The position numbers and the translations under genes are program-made. This document shows, one piece after another, positions 1 to 8,891 of a stretch of 26,145 nt of DNA. Under the pieces are notes generated by a model that ran no database searches, was not told where the DNA came from, and saw only the letters and a list, made by a program, of their open reading frames with translations. Location: positions 1-26,145 of IMG/VR virus record IMGVR_UViG_3300017728_000093. One strand, written 5' to 3'. Numbering within the stretch: position 1 is the stretch's first letter; each line of letters starts with the position of its first letter. Source of the DNA: a virus. Taxonomy: Duplodnaviria; Caudoviricetes.

Positions 1-2
1 CT

Positions 3-305
3 ATTGCAACACTTGAGCGTGAATTGGCAGACGGCGGTGTAACCGTTGCACACTGGCGATGCACTGAAGAAGAAACCGTAGGTACTGGCGACGACGCTGT
101 TACTTACTCTGCATCATCTTACGGTACTGTCGGCTTTACACCAGACCCTACTGCATCTGACTACATTGCCTATGATAGCCTGACTGAGGCTAATGTCTTA
201 GGTTGGGTATGGGAGTCTGTGGGTCAAGACACCGTTGAAGCGGCACTGACTGCTAAGATCGAAGCAGACAAGAATCCTGTCACCGCTGACGGCGTGCCTT
301 GGTAA
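3..305 (+). CDS. Conserved small phage protein, 5'-truncated (probably tail/tail-fibre associated)
   Basis: The frame is open from the window edge (IATLERELADGGVTVAHWRC...SYGTVGFTPDP...YDSLTEANVLGWV...GVPW*), so the TTG at 24 is probably not the true start. The pattern resembles small proteins common in marine phage tail regions. Confidence 0.75.
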   Translation: MATLERELADGGVTVAHWRCTEEETVGTGDDAVTYSASSYGTVGFTPDPTASDYIAYDSLTEANVLGWVWESVGQDTVEAALTAKIEADKNPVTADGVPW

Positions 306-770
306 ATGATTGACCCTGTTACTGCTATTGCTGGAGCCTCTAAAGCATTTGCTATGGCAAAGGCAATGGTAGAAGCAGGGAGAGCTGCTGAAGACACCAT
401 GATGCAGATAAGTACTTGGTACGGACACGCGTCTGATGTCATCTACGCAGACAACAAGGCAAAAAGAACATCACCTTTTAAAAAGGTTGTATTTAGGAAA
501 AGTGTTGAAGCAGAGGCTATACAGGCTTTTGCTGCAAAGAAGAAGATAGAAGCACAGCAAAGAGACTTGATAACCATGTTGAACTACGCATACGGCAGTC
601 AAGGACTTTTAGAGTTTCGTGAACTAAAAAAGAACATAGCAAGAGAAAGAGAAGAAACGGTTTATAGACAACAAGAACTAAAGGAAGCACTTGTTAGTTC
701 TTTTGCTATAGTGACGATGACAGGGCTTTTAGCTGGGTTGTTAATGTTTATTATAACAGGTGGTAAGTAA
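306..770 (+). CDS. Hypothetical protein with coiled coil and C-terminal transmembrane helix
   Basis: 154 aa; MIDPVTAIAGA start; hydrophobic C-terminus FAIVTMTGLLAGLLMFII; starts immediately after the upstream stop. Confidence 0.85.
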   Translation: MIDPVTAIAGASKAFAMAKAMVEAGRAAEDTMMQISTWYGHASDVIYADNKAKRTSPFKKVVFRKSVEAEAIQAFAAKKKIEAQQRDLITMLNYAYGSQGLLEFRELKKNIAREREETVYRQQELKEALVSSFAIVTMTGLLAGLLMFIITGGK

Positions 771-955
771 TGAGTAAAACAGAAGAATTGCTGGCTAGGC
801 TCGAAGGACACGAGAAGGAATGCCTTGTTCGTTATGAAATGATTCAGCGCCAACTTGATTTGGCGGGTAAAGACATTACTGTTAACCGCCAAGCTGTTTT
901 TGCTTTGTATCCTTTTATTCTGGGTGCGTTAGTCTTTGCTGAGTATATAAGATGA
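770..955 (+). CDS. Small membrane protein (coiled coil plus one TM helix; possible lysis accessory)
   Basis: 61 aa; LEGHEKECLVRY then TM AVFALYPFILGALVF; TAATG and ATGA overlaps with its neighbours. Confidence 0.8.
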   Translation: MSKTEELLARLEGHEKECLVRYEMIQRQLDLAGKDITVNRQAVFALYPFILGALVFAEYIR

Positions 956-1350
956 TAGAAGCTCTTATAGGGCCAGTTACAGGGCTTCTAGACAAGTTTG
1001 TAGAAGACAAAGACCAAAAAGCAAAGTTAGCCCACGAAGTCGCTACAATGGCTCAGAGACACGCTCAAGAGCTTGCTACAGCACAAATAGAAGTCAACAA
1101 GGTAGAGGCAGCACACAAGTCTTTATTTGTTTCTGGTTGGAGACCTGCTGTTGGTTGGTGTTGTGTGTTGGGTATGACAGGTAACTTTATGGTTATACCA
1201 TTTACTAATTTTATTCTGGCATTGTTAGCTATTGAAGTAACTATACCACTTATTGATTTAGAAACTATGATGCCAGTTCTCATGGGCATGTTAGGATTAG
1301 GCGCTATGCGTTCTTATGAAAAAACAAAGGGCGTATCAAGGGAGAAGTAA
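952..1350 (+). CDS. Holin, 3-TM (GTA_holin_3TM-like)
   Basis: LLDKFVEDKDQKAKLAHE...Q.EVNKVEA.H.SLFVSGWRPAVGW...LMGMLGLGAMRSYEK.KGV is the typical pattern of this family. Confidence 0.88.
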   Translation: MIEALIGPVTGLLDKFVEDKDQKAKLAHEVATMAQRHAQELATAQIEVNKVEAAHKSLFVSGWRPAVGWCCVLGMTGNFMVIPFTNFILALLAIEVTIPLIDLETMMPVLMGMLGLGAMRSYEKTKGVSREK

Positions 1351-1353
1351 GAA

Positions 1354-4300
1354 ATGTCGAAAAAAAGACAAAACAGAAATACTAGTAAGTTTAAAAAAGC
1401 AGCGGCTTCTCAACGTGCGCGTGTTCCATTCCGTACCGGCGGTCCTTCAGATCGAAGGCGTCCTACAGCAGAAGAAAGGAAAGGGAAAACTACTAAAGAG
1501 ACTACTGATAATAAAATTACTGGGGGTGTAAAAACTACCGGTTCTACTAAAAGTACGTCTACTAAAGCAACAGCTGGTATTAAACCTACTAAAGAAACAG
1601 GAACAGCTTCAACTACAAAGCAAGAAACTCCTGATAATTCTCCAGCACAACAAGCTGCCGGACAACAAGCTGAAGCAGCTAAAGCAGCTGAAGCAGCAAG
1701 GCAAGCTGAAGCAGCTAAAGCAGCTGAAGCAGCAAGGCAAGCTGCTGCAACAAAAGCAGCACAAGAAGCTGCTGCAACAAAAGCAGCGGAAGCAGCAAGG
1801 CAAGCTGAAGCAGCAAAAGCAGCGGAAGCCGTAAGGCAAGCTGAAGCAGCTAAAGAAGCTGAAGCAACAAGACAAGCCGAAGCAACAAAAAAAGCACAAG
1901 AAACTACGGCTACAACTCAAGAAAAAACAAAAAAATTGCAAGAAGAAACAAGAAAAAAGCAAGCAGAAACAACTGCTCGTCAAGAGGCTGCAGAAGCTAG
2001 TGGTTTTGAAGAAGAAGCTCAGGCTACTCAAGCCGAAACAACAAAAAAAGCACAAGAAAATACGGCTCGTCAAGAGGCTGCAGCAAATAGCGGTGTTGAA
2101 CAAGAATCTAAAAATCAACAAGCCGAAACAGAAAAGCAAAGAACAGCAGCTGATAGTGCGGCACTGCCTCCTGACAGTAGTGAACTAACAGAAGGATCAC
2201 CAGATAGTTCTACTTCTAGTTATGAAGAAGGCAGGCGTCGGCAAGAAGACGCAAGGGCAGCAGCAGAAGAAACAACAACAGCAGCAACTGAAACAGCAGA
2301 CAATCAATCTTCAATGCCTGTGCGAGAAAATTTTGAGTCAGATCAAGAATATAATATTGCTTTAGCTCAGTTTTATACAAATAATTTAACGACTTCTTAT
2401 ACAAACACTTCTGTTCCTATGCCTACAGAAGCTCCTATAAACCTACAAACAACTCGGCCAGACCTTCCTGTACTAGAAAAAGTAGTGGCAGAAAAAGTAG
2501 AGGAGGGAGATCCTTCTGTTGTAGAGCAAATGGATGATACTGGAGATGCAGAAGTTACAGAAGCTGAAGCAACTGAAGCAGTATCTGTTGGTGAAGCAGA
2601 AACAACCACAGCCGGTGCGCCTCTTGAAACTGAAGCATCAACAATGCAAGCAGCAATTGCAGAAGGCGTAGCACCCGGAGAAGCAGTAACGGGCGAAGTT
2701 AGTGACGAAGCTCTTGCAAAAGTCGAAGAAGGTACAATAACGCAACCGGCTGTTGCTGCTACAAGAGATTCAGCGGCTGAAGAAGCAGCAAAGGCTGTTG
2801 CGGCACAACGACCAGAAGAACAAAAGTATGTTCAAGCCATTACATCTGATGAGCGATATAAAGTTATTGAGGCTGAAGATCCTGAAGTAGCTACTCGTGT
2901 TGCACAAACTATTTCAAAACGTGCAGAAAAAGATTTAATGGATATTGTCACGGGTGAAGGTGTTAATCTTGATGATATCCCAGAATTTAAACTTGCTGAA
3001 AAACGAACAGCGCAAGTTGCTGAAGCTCAACAAGGTATTGCACAAGAACTAGGTGATGCACCTTCTGTAGATCTTAAAGGTCGTCAAGCTATTCTTGGAG
3101 AAGCTCCTAAAGGCGATGCTGCTCAGATTGGCGGTATTCCTACTATGGAAGCGGCCTCTCGTCAGGCCATAACGGGCGAGGCTCGTAAAGCAGCTGCAGC
3201 AGACATGAATGCTGTTGTTGGTAATCTTCCTCCTGAAATTACAGCGGCAGTACTTGAAGATCCTCAAACTGTTGAAGCTCAGTTAGATACTGCGCCTGTA
3301 AGAGTAAAGGCGGCTGTAGCGGCTCTTCCACAAGAAGCTCTTGTTTCTACTCAGATGGAAGGTCTTCTTGCAGGAATGGAAGATGGTAAAATACCATTAT
3401 GGGCTAAACCTGCTGTTGATGCAATGAACTCTCAAATGGCTTCTAGAGGCCTCAGTACGTCCACTGTAGGGCGAGATGCACTTTTTAATGCTATCATACA
3501 GAGTGCGCTTCCAATCGCTCAGAGCAACGCTCAAGCGCTTCAGCAACGTGCTTCACAAAACCTTAGTAATGAACAACAGGCAAATCTTCAACAGGCGTCT
3601 CAGGTCATGCAACAACGCATGGCAAACCTTTCTAATCGTCAAACCGCTGCATCTCAAACAGCACAAATGGCGCAAGAAATAACTATTCGCCAAGGTGAGT
3701 TTGAGCAACAAGCTATACTAACAAGCGAGCAACAAGAACAACAAGTTCGTATGCAGAACATTCAGAATGCTCAACAACAAGCATCACAAGAGTCTGCACA
3801 ACGCCAACAAGTAGCAATAGCTAATTTAGATGCTGGCACTAAAATGGATCTTGCAAATTTAGAAGCTTTAAATTTAGCAAGCTCACAAAACTTAAACGCA
3901 GAACAACAGGCTCGATTAACAAACTATAATGCTACAGTTGCTAGAACTATGCGTCAAGCAGAACTTGACCAAGACATGGAAAAAGCTAACTTATCAGCAG
4001 AGCTTCAAATAGAGTTAAAAAATCTAACCGAAGAAAATGCTGCTTCTCGTGATACGATGACCGCAGAAAATCAAGAGCGATTAGCAAACTTAAATGTTTT
4101 AGTAGACTTTAAAAAGACTAATGCTGCACTTGCACAGCAGATGGATCTTGCAAACATGAATGCTGCACAGCAAACAGAACTTGCAAACTTAGCTGAAAGA
4201 GCAGCAACAGACTCAGCAAACTTTTCTGAGGCCAATCGTTTTAGGCTACAAGAGCTATCTACTGCGGCTAATGTTCTTTCACAAAATGCACAGCTTCGTC

Positions 4301-5394
4301 AGAATGCAGAAATGGCAAAGCTTTCAGCATCTGAAAAAGTTACACTTGCAAATTTATCAGCTAAGAATCAAGCAGATTCAGAATCTATGACAGCTGAAAA
4401 TGTTGCGGCGTTACAGGTTTATGAAAAGAAAATGCAAGCGGGGCAAGTTAACGCACAACTAGCACAGCAAATGGGACTTGCAAACCTTAACAACCAACAA
4501 GAATCTGCAATGTTTAATGCACAGATTGATGCTAATCTTGATATGGCTCAGTTCAACGCTGACCAACAAGCGGCTATGGCTAATAGTCAGTTCATGCAAT
4601 CAATGACCATGAAAAACTATGATGCTAAACAACAAAGCATTATGCAAAATGCATCAGCTATGGCTTCTATGGACATGGCAAATCTTGATGCTCGTACAAA
4701 AATTGCAGCACAGAATGCACAAGCATTTTTACAAATGGACATGGCTAACCTAAATAACGAACAGCAAATGGCCGTTATGAATCAACAACAGGCACAGCAA
4801 ACCATGTTGTCAAATCAATCGGCTGAAAATGCATCACGCCAGTTTAATGCAGCTAACGAACAACAAGCTGACCAGTTCATGGCTAGTTTAGCAGCTCAAG
4901 TAGATCAGTTCAATGCATCTCAAAGCAATAGCATGGAACAGTTTAATGTATCTGAAGGTAATCGCATTGCAGCTCAAAATGCTCAGAACCAAACACAAGT
5001 ATCTCTTGCTAACGCTCAAATGTCAACAGATATTAGTAAATTAAATGCTCAGATGGATCAACAACGTGAACAGTTTAATACTGCAAACAAACAAGCAATT
5101 GAGCAAGCAGACATTGCATGGCGACGACAGGCTAACACAATTAACACTGCTGCGGCTAATGCGGCTAATCAACAAAATGTTATGAATTCGTTTAACCTAG
5201 ACATGACAGAGCTTCAATATGTTTGGCAAGAACTTAGAGATAATGCAGCATATACTCGACAAGCTTATGAAGGCCAGCAGGATAGAGAAACTCGACTAAT
5301 AGCTACAGCTCTTGGCAATGAATCAGCAGCCAGTGGAGATAAAAATTCAAGCACAACATCCGCTCTTATGCGATTAATTCAGGGATATATCTAG
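1354..5394 (+). CDS. Very large repetitive virion protein (probable internal/ejection protein): basic N-terminus, Ala/Glu/Lys repeat stalk, acidic middle, 550-aa hendecad coiled coil
   Basis: 1346-aa ORF in the structural arm with a Gln/Asn/Ala/Met-rich, Pro-free C-terminal repeat half. Function is inferred. Confidence 0.8.
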   Translation: MSKKRQNRNTSKFKKAAASQRARVPFRTGGPSDRRRPTAEERKGKTTKETTDNKITGGVKTTGSTKSTSTKATAGIKPTKETGTASTTKQETPDNSPAQQAAGQQAEAAKAAEAARQAEAAKAAEAARQAAATKAAQEAAATKAAEAARQAEAAKAAEAVRQAEAAKEAEATRQAEATKKAQETTATTQEKTKKLQEETRKKQAETTARQEAAEASGFEEEAQATQAETTKKAQENTARQEAAANSGVEQESKNQQAETEKQRTAADSAALPPDSSELTEGSPDSSTSSYEEGRRRQEDARAAAEETTTAATETADNQSSMPVRENFESDQEYNIALAQFYTNNLTTSYTNTSVPMPTEAPINLQTTRPDLPVLEKVVAEKVEEGDPSVVEQMDDTGDAEVTEAEATEAVSVGEAETTTAGAPLETEASTMQAAIAEGVAPGEAVTGEVSDEALAKVEEGTITQPAVAATRDSAAEEAAKAVAAQRPEEQKYVQAITSDERYKVIEAEDPEVATRVAQTISKRAEKDLMDIVTGEGVNLDDIPEFKLAEKRTAQVAEAQQGIAQELGDAPSVDLKGRQAILGEAPKGDAAQIGGIPTMEAASRQAITGEARKAAAADMNAVVGNLPPEITAAVLEDPQTVEAQLDTAPVRVKAAVAALPQEALVSTQMEGLLAGMEDGKIPLWAKPAVDAMNSQMASRGLSTSTVGRDALFNAIIQSALPIAQSNAQALQQRASQNLSNEQQANLQQASQVMQQRMANLSNRQTAASQTAQMAQEITIRQGEFEQQAILTSEQQEQQVRMQNIQNAQQQASQESAQRQQVAIANLDAGTKMDLANLEALNLASSQNLNAEQQARLTNYNATVARTMRQAELDQDMEKANLSAELQIELKNLTEENAASRDTMTAENQERLANLNVLVDFKKTNAALAQQMDLANMNAAQQTELANLAERAATDSANFSEANRFRLQELSTAANVLSQNAQLRQNAEMAKLSASEKVTLANLSAKNQADSESMTAENVAALQVYEKKMQAGQVNAQLAQQMGLANLNNQQESAMFNAQIDANLDMAQFNADQQAAMANSQFMQSMTMKNYDAKQQSIMQNASAMASMDMANLDARTKIAAQNAQAFLQMDMANLNNEQQMAVMNQQQAQQTMLSNQSAENASRQFNAANEQQADQFMASLAAQVDQFNASQSNSMEQFNVSEGNRIAAQNAQNQTQVSLANAQMSTDISKLNAQMDQQREQFNTANKQAIEQADIAWRRQANTINTAAANAANQQNVMNSFNLDMTELQYVWQELRDNAAYTRQAYEGQQDRETRLIATALGNESAASGDKNSSTTSALMRLIQGYI
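1666..1902 (+). repeat. Coding tandem repeat, 36-bp unit (QAEAAKAAEAAR)
   Basis: caagctgaagcagctaaagcagctgaagcagcaagg occurs twice exactly (1666-1701, 1702-1737), followed by degenerate copies at 1738-1800, 1801-1836, 1837-1872 and 1873-1902. Confidence 0.95.
3526..5178 (+). repeat. 50 consecutive 11-residue (33-nt) protein repeats, Asn-phased
   Basis: Residues 725-1274 parse into 50 in-phase hendecads (e.g. NLDAGTKMDLA/NLEALNLASSQ/NLNAEQQARLT); Asn is at position 1 in 36 of 50 by manual count. Confidence 0.9.
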
Positions 5395-5445
5395 TAAACA
5401 TTTTAAATATAGTGTATACTAGAAAAAAATAGAATGGAGAAATAA

Positions 5446-6687
5446 ATGGGAATTATATCTAAAATCGGTAAGGGCATAAAAAGCGCTTTTAAAAAAATAG
5501 GTAAAGGAATTAAACGGGGAATAAAATCTGTTGGTAAATTTATGGACAAGATTGGCATTGTAGGACAAATTGGTCTTGCTATTTTGTTACCGGGAATAGG
5601 AGGTATGCTTGCAAAAGGCTTTAGTACTGCTTTTAGTGCAGTAACAGGCGCAATGACAGGATATGCTGGAATTGGCTCTAGCGTAATAAACGCTGCAGGG
5701 GGTTTTTTAAACGCTGCGGGAACAGTAGTAGGAAGGATGGGCAACGCTTTTAATTCTGTTACAGGAGCTATAAAAAATGTTGTGGGTGAAACCCTTAAGT
5801 TTGGTGCAAACAAACTAGGTCTCGGTGAGGTTGCTAGTAGTTTAGGAAGTACTTTTGGATCTCAAGGACTTACAGATCTTGGAACTAGTATTTCTAAAGG
5901 TTCTTTTGATAACATTACAAGTGCTTTTGGAGAAGGATTGACAAACATTACTGATAGTTTTAGTAATGTTTTTAATACTGAGTCTTCAATAGCAAAAAAT
6001 CTTAATATGGAATTTGATCCTTCAAATGTAGACGCTGCCGGAAAACCTATTAGTACAGCTTCTAGTGGTGTTTCTTTAGAAGACATGTCAACAGAAATAC
6101 AAGGTATTGATCCTAGTAAGTCTTTAGATCGTATGGTAGAAGGATATGAAGCACCTTCATTATTAGATAATAAACCTATTAGGACAGTAGCACAAGAAGT
6201 TGAAGCCAGTGCTTTTGCATCCGCAAGAGAACAGGCACTAAAGACGCCAAAGGCAGTGGGCGATAAAAACTTTGTTTTAGAGACAACCCAAGAAGTTCAA
6301 AAAGGCCTAGCAGAACAACTTCGTAAAAAGGCAGCCGATGTTAGGGGAGGGTTCACAGCATTCAAAGAAGATCCTTTAGGAGTTACTGTAGGTTATGGAG
6401 TAGACCAAATAAAAGAAGGTGTAGACGCTGGACTTCAGCAAGTTGGAATGTATGGAATAACAAACGCTGCAGGAGTTGATTTAGTACCCGATCAAATTCA
6501 ACAAAACATAAGTACTTATATTGCTCCGGGTGAAGCAGTACAGGTTCGACCAGCGGCACAAATAACACCAGAATACTTCACTGCAAATCAGTCTATATTT
6601 AATCAATACCCTTGGGGAGCGTCTTCAGCAGTTATAGATAGTAATTACTATCAAGATTTAAACACAACTATGCAGCGAATGGGGTAA
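5446..6687 (+). CDS. Probable ejection/pilot-type virion protein with cationic amphipathic N-terminus and Gly-rich hydrophobic segment
   Basis: 413 aa; MGIISKIGKGIKSAFKKIGKGIKRGIKSVGKF then IGIVGQIGLAILLPGIGGML; GGAG RBS upstream. Confidence 0.75.
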   Translation: MGIISKIGKGIKSAFKKIGKGIKRGIKSVGKFMDKIGIVGQIGLAILLPGIGGMLAKGFSTAFSAVTGAMTGYAGIGSSVINAAGGFLNAAGTVVGRMGNAFNSVTGAIKNVVGETLKFGANKLGLGEVASSLGSTFGSQGLTDLGTSISKGSFDNITSAFGEGLTNITDSFSNVFNTESSIAKNLNMEFDPSNVDAAGKPISTASSGVSLEDMSTEIQGIDPSKSLDRMVEGYEAPSLLDNKPIRTVAQEVEASAFASAREQALKTPKAVGDKNFVLETTQEVQKGLAEQLRKKAADVRGGFTAFKEDPLGVTVGYGVDQIKEGVDAGLQQVGMYGITNAAGVDLVPDQIQQNISTYIAPGEAVQVRPAAQITPEYFTANQSIFNQYPWGASSAVIDSNYYQDLNTTMQRMG

Positions 6688-6693
6688 GTAAAT

Positions 6694-7299
6694 ATGGATA
6701 TGAAATACGCTCAAGAAGCTTTAACGGGTGGAAGACCTATTCCGGGCCAGAGCCTAACTACCGATCCTTCAAATCCTACGCCTTATGAAAAAGCTCCAAA
6801 GTACACTTCTGTTCATGAAGCTACTCGAAGTATTTTTGAGCATTTTATAGACGCAGAAAACTATGTAGCTGTTATGGAAGTTTTGTCAGACGACGTTCCA
6901 ATCATGGATGTTGTTCAAGCTTTTCTATTTGGAGGGTTTCAAGAAGGAAAATGGAATCCTGATTTAATGCTTATGTTAGCAGAGCCTGTTGCTTATATTT
7001 TACTTGCTTTAGCAGAAAGAGCCAATATTGATCCTGTTATTTATAATGGTGAAAAGTTAGATGAGGCTGAAGAGCTTGCAATGATGGGAACAACTTTTCA
7101 AAAAGAAAGACTTAAAAATATGGAAGAGTTTTCTAAAGAGAAAATAGCTTTGCCTGAAGGTGTACTGCCCAGAGAAATTACAGAGCAAATTAAAACTATT
7201 CAACCTCCAGAAAGTTTATTAGCTAGACAGCCAGAAGAAAACACAGAAACAGGTGAAGAAAGCCTGTTAGCAGAGCCTGTTGTAGAGGAGCAAGTATAA
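6694..7299 (+). CDS. Conserved hypothetical virion-module protein
   Basis: 201 aa; RPIPGQSLT.DP..P.PYEK.P motif and G.WNPDLMLML.EP; acidic tail; TAATG overlap with the next gene. Confidence 0.8.
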   Translation: MDMKYAQEALTGGRPIPGQSLTTDPSNPTPYEKAPKYTSVHEATRSIFEHFIDAENYVAVMEVLSDDVPIMDVVQAFLFGGFQEGKWNPDLMLMLAEPVAYILLALAERANIDPVIYNGEKLDEAEELAMMGTTFQKERLKNMEEFSKEKIALPEGVLPREITEQIKTIQPPESLLARQPEENTETGEESLLAEPVVEEQV

Positions 7300-8882
7300 T
7301 GGCTATTCAAGAATTTGGACAATCTTTACTTTCTGATGCCCGTGAAAGAAATGAAAGAGAAAGACGACGAGAAAGAAAGCGGGAAGAAAAAGATCTTCTT
7401 TTAGGCATAGGAATGAAGGTTGCGGATTCAGCACTGACTAGTTATCAAAATAGAAAAACAAACGAATTTCTTAGAGATGAAGCGCTTTTAGCTCGTAATT
7501 TAAATTATAAAATGCGAGTAAAAAGATCTAGTGAAGATGTCATGGATATTGATGGTAATGCACAAGACCCTGATTATTTATACAATAAATTTTTACCAGA
7601 AACTTTAGCAGATGCCCAAGCAGGCACAGGTCAGTTAGCCAGTAGCCGACTTGTTATTAGTCTGGCTGAAATTGAAGCTCGTCGAAGGTCGGAAGAAAGA
7701 CTAAAGGAACTAACCGAAGATAGGGTTAAAGCCGCCAGATCCCTTGTATCTTCTTCAGATGGAAGTGAAACAGCTTATAGAGATGCTGTAATAGCTTCAA
7801 GACCTAGTGGAGGAATAAAGGGTGCAGTTAACTTTTTCGGAAATTTACTTACAGGAGGAACTGCTCACGACGTTGCGCTTACAACCGACATGTATAGAAA
7901 GTCTGAGGAGTATCAGTCTGAATTCAGACAAAATCCTACAGAAGCTCTTACTTCTACGCAACGAAGAGAAAGAGTAAAACAAAATGGGCATCTCCTTGCA
8001 AAAGGAAAAGTAGTTTATGATGATACGCCTGTATCAATAACCGCAACAGATCCTAATGATCCAACTAAAACCAAGACTGTATCAGCTTTTGTAGGTAAAA
8101 TAAATGGTGTTAATGTAGGATATAGAACCGTAGACGGCGAGGTTGTTAATCTTCTTTCGCCTGAACAAACAAAACGAAGAAATACAATTTCAAACATTGT
8201 GACTTCAGAACAAGCGAATCAAATTCGAGCAACAGCTTTAAGTATATTAAGCGAACAGCAAAACAAAGAGCTAAAAGATGTTTTTGTTTCTCTTTATGGA
8301 ACAGAACAAGACGACTCTTCAGACAAGGTCGCTATTAGGCGACAATTTTATGGTAATTTAGGGCAAAATGCAGGAATGCTATTAAGAGATTTTCAGATTC
8401 CAAACGCTGTATCGTATTCCCTTGCTGCTGAAATGGAAATACTTAGACACCAAATGTTAGCAGGCGGTAAAGAAGCAGCAAGATACAGCTTTGGAAGCCT
8501 TCCTGCTAAGAATACTGTAGTGGGTCTTGAGCTTGAAACAAACGCTGAATCTATTAGTCCTATACTAGCCTTAGCAGCTTTAGATTCTTTAGAAGAAAAA
8601 AATACTTTAGGTAGAAGCAAAGAGGCTTACGAGTCTTTTAGAACTTCTTTAGAAAATAATTTTGCAGGAGAAAGTGAAAACACCAAAAAATTCATAAGTA
8701 CTTTTATGTTTTTAGATGCTCCTACACAGTCTGACTTGTTAAAATGGATGGAAGGATATAAAACTTTTAATCAACCAAGAAACTACTTAGAAGGTAATCT
8801 TTCTATCATAGACACACTAATACAAAGCAGCAATGGCTTAAGTCGTTCCCCAACCCGACAAGATAATCGTTACAAAAGATAA
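7299..8882 (+). CDS. Probable internal virion protein (helical)
   Basis: 527-aa ORF between other large virion-type genes; R/E-rich N-terminal helix. No catalytic motif recognised. Confidence 0.7.
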   Translation: MAIQEFGQSLLSDARERNERERRRERKREEKDLLLGIGMKVADSALTSYQNRKTNEFLRDEALLARNLNYKMRVKRSSEDVMDIDGNAQDPDYLYNKFLPETLADAQAGTGQLASSRLVISLAEIEARRRSEERLKELTEDRVKAARSLVSSSDGSETAYRDAVIASRPSGGIKGAVNFFGNLLTGGTAHDVALTTDMYRKSEEYQSEFRQNPTEALTSTQRRERVKQNGHLLAKGKVVYDDTPVSITATDPNDPTKTKTVSAFVGKINGVNVGYRTVDGEVVNLLSPEQTKRRNTISNIVTSEQANQIRATALSILSEQQNKELKDVFVSLYGTEQDDSSDKVAIRRQFYGNLGQNAGMLLRDFQIPNAVSYSLAAEMEILRHQMLAGGKEAARYSFGSLPAKNTVVGLELETNAESISPILALAALDSLEEKNTLGRSKEAYESFRTSLENNFAGESENTKKFISTFMFLDAPTQSDLLKWMEGYKTFNQPRNYLEGNLSIIDTLIQSSNGLSRSPTRQDNRYKR

Positions 8883-8891
8883 GGAAAAACA

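Noticed and set aside
1666-1902. 36-bp repeats as a CRISPR array
   Set aside because: Head-to-tail in-frame coding repeats with no spacers; the Cas4-like nuclease is a common phage replication gene and no other cas genes are present.
1609-2139. 176-aa Cys/Phe/Ser-rich ORF on the - strand
   Set aside because: Antisense shadow of the GCA/GAA/AAA repeat tract in the 1346-aa gene.
5392-5445. Sigma70-like promoter (TATACT at 5415-5420) in the AT-rich gap
   Set aside because: The -35 match is poor (TAGTAA) and AT-rich DNA gives such hexamers by chance; possible but unsupported.
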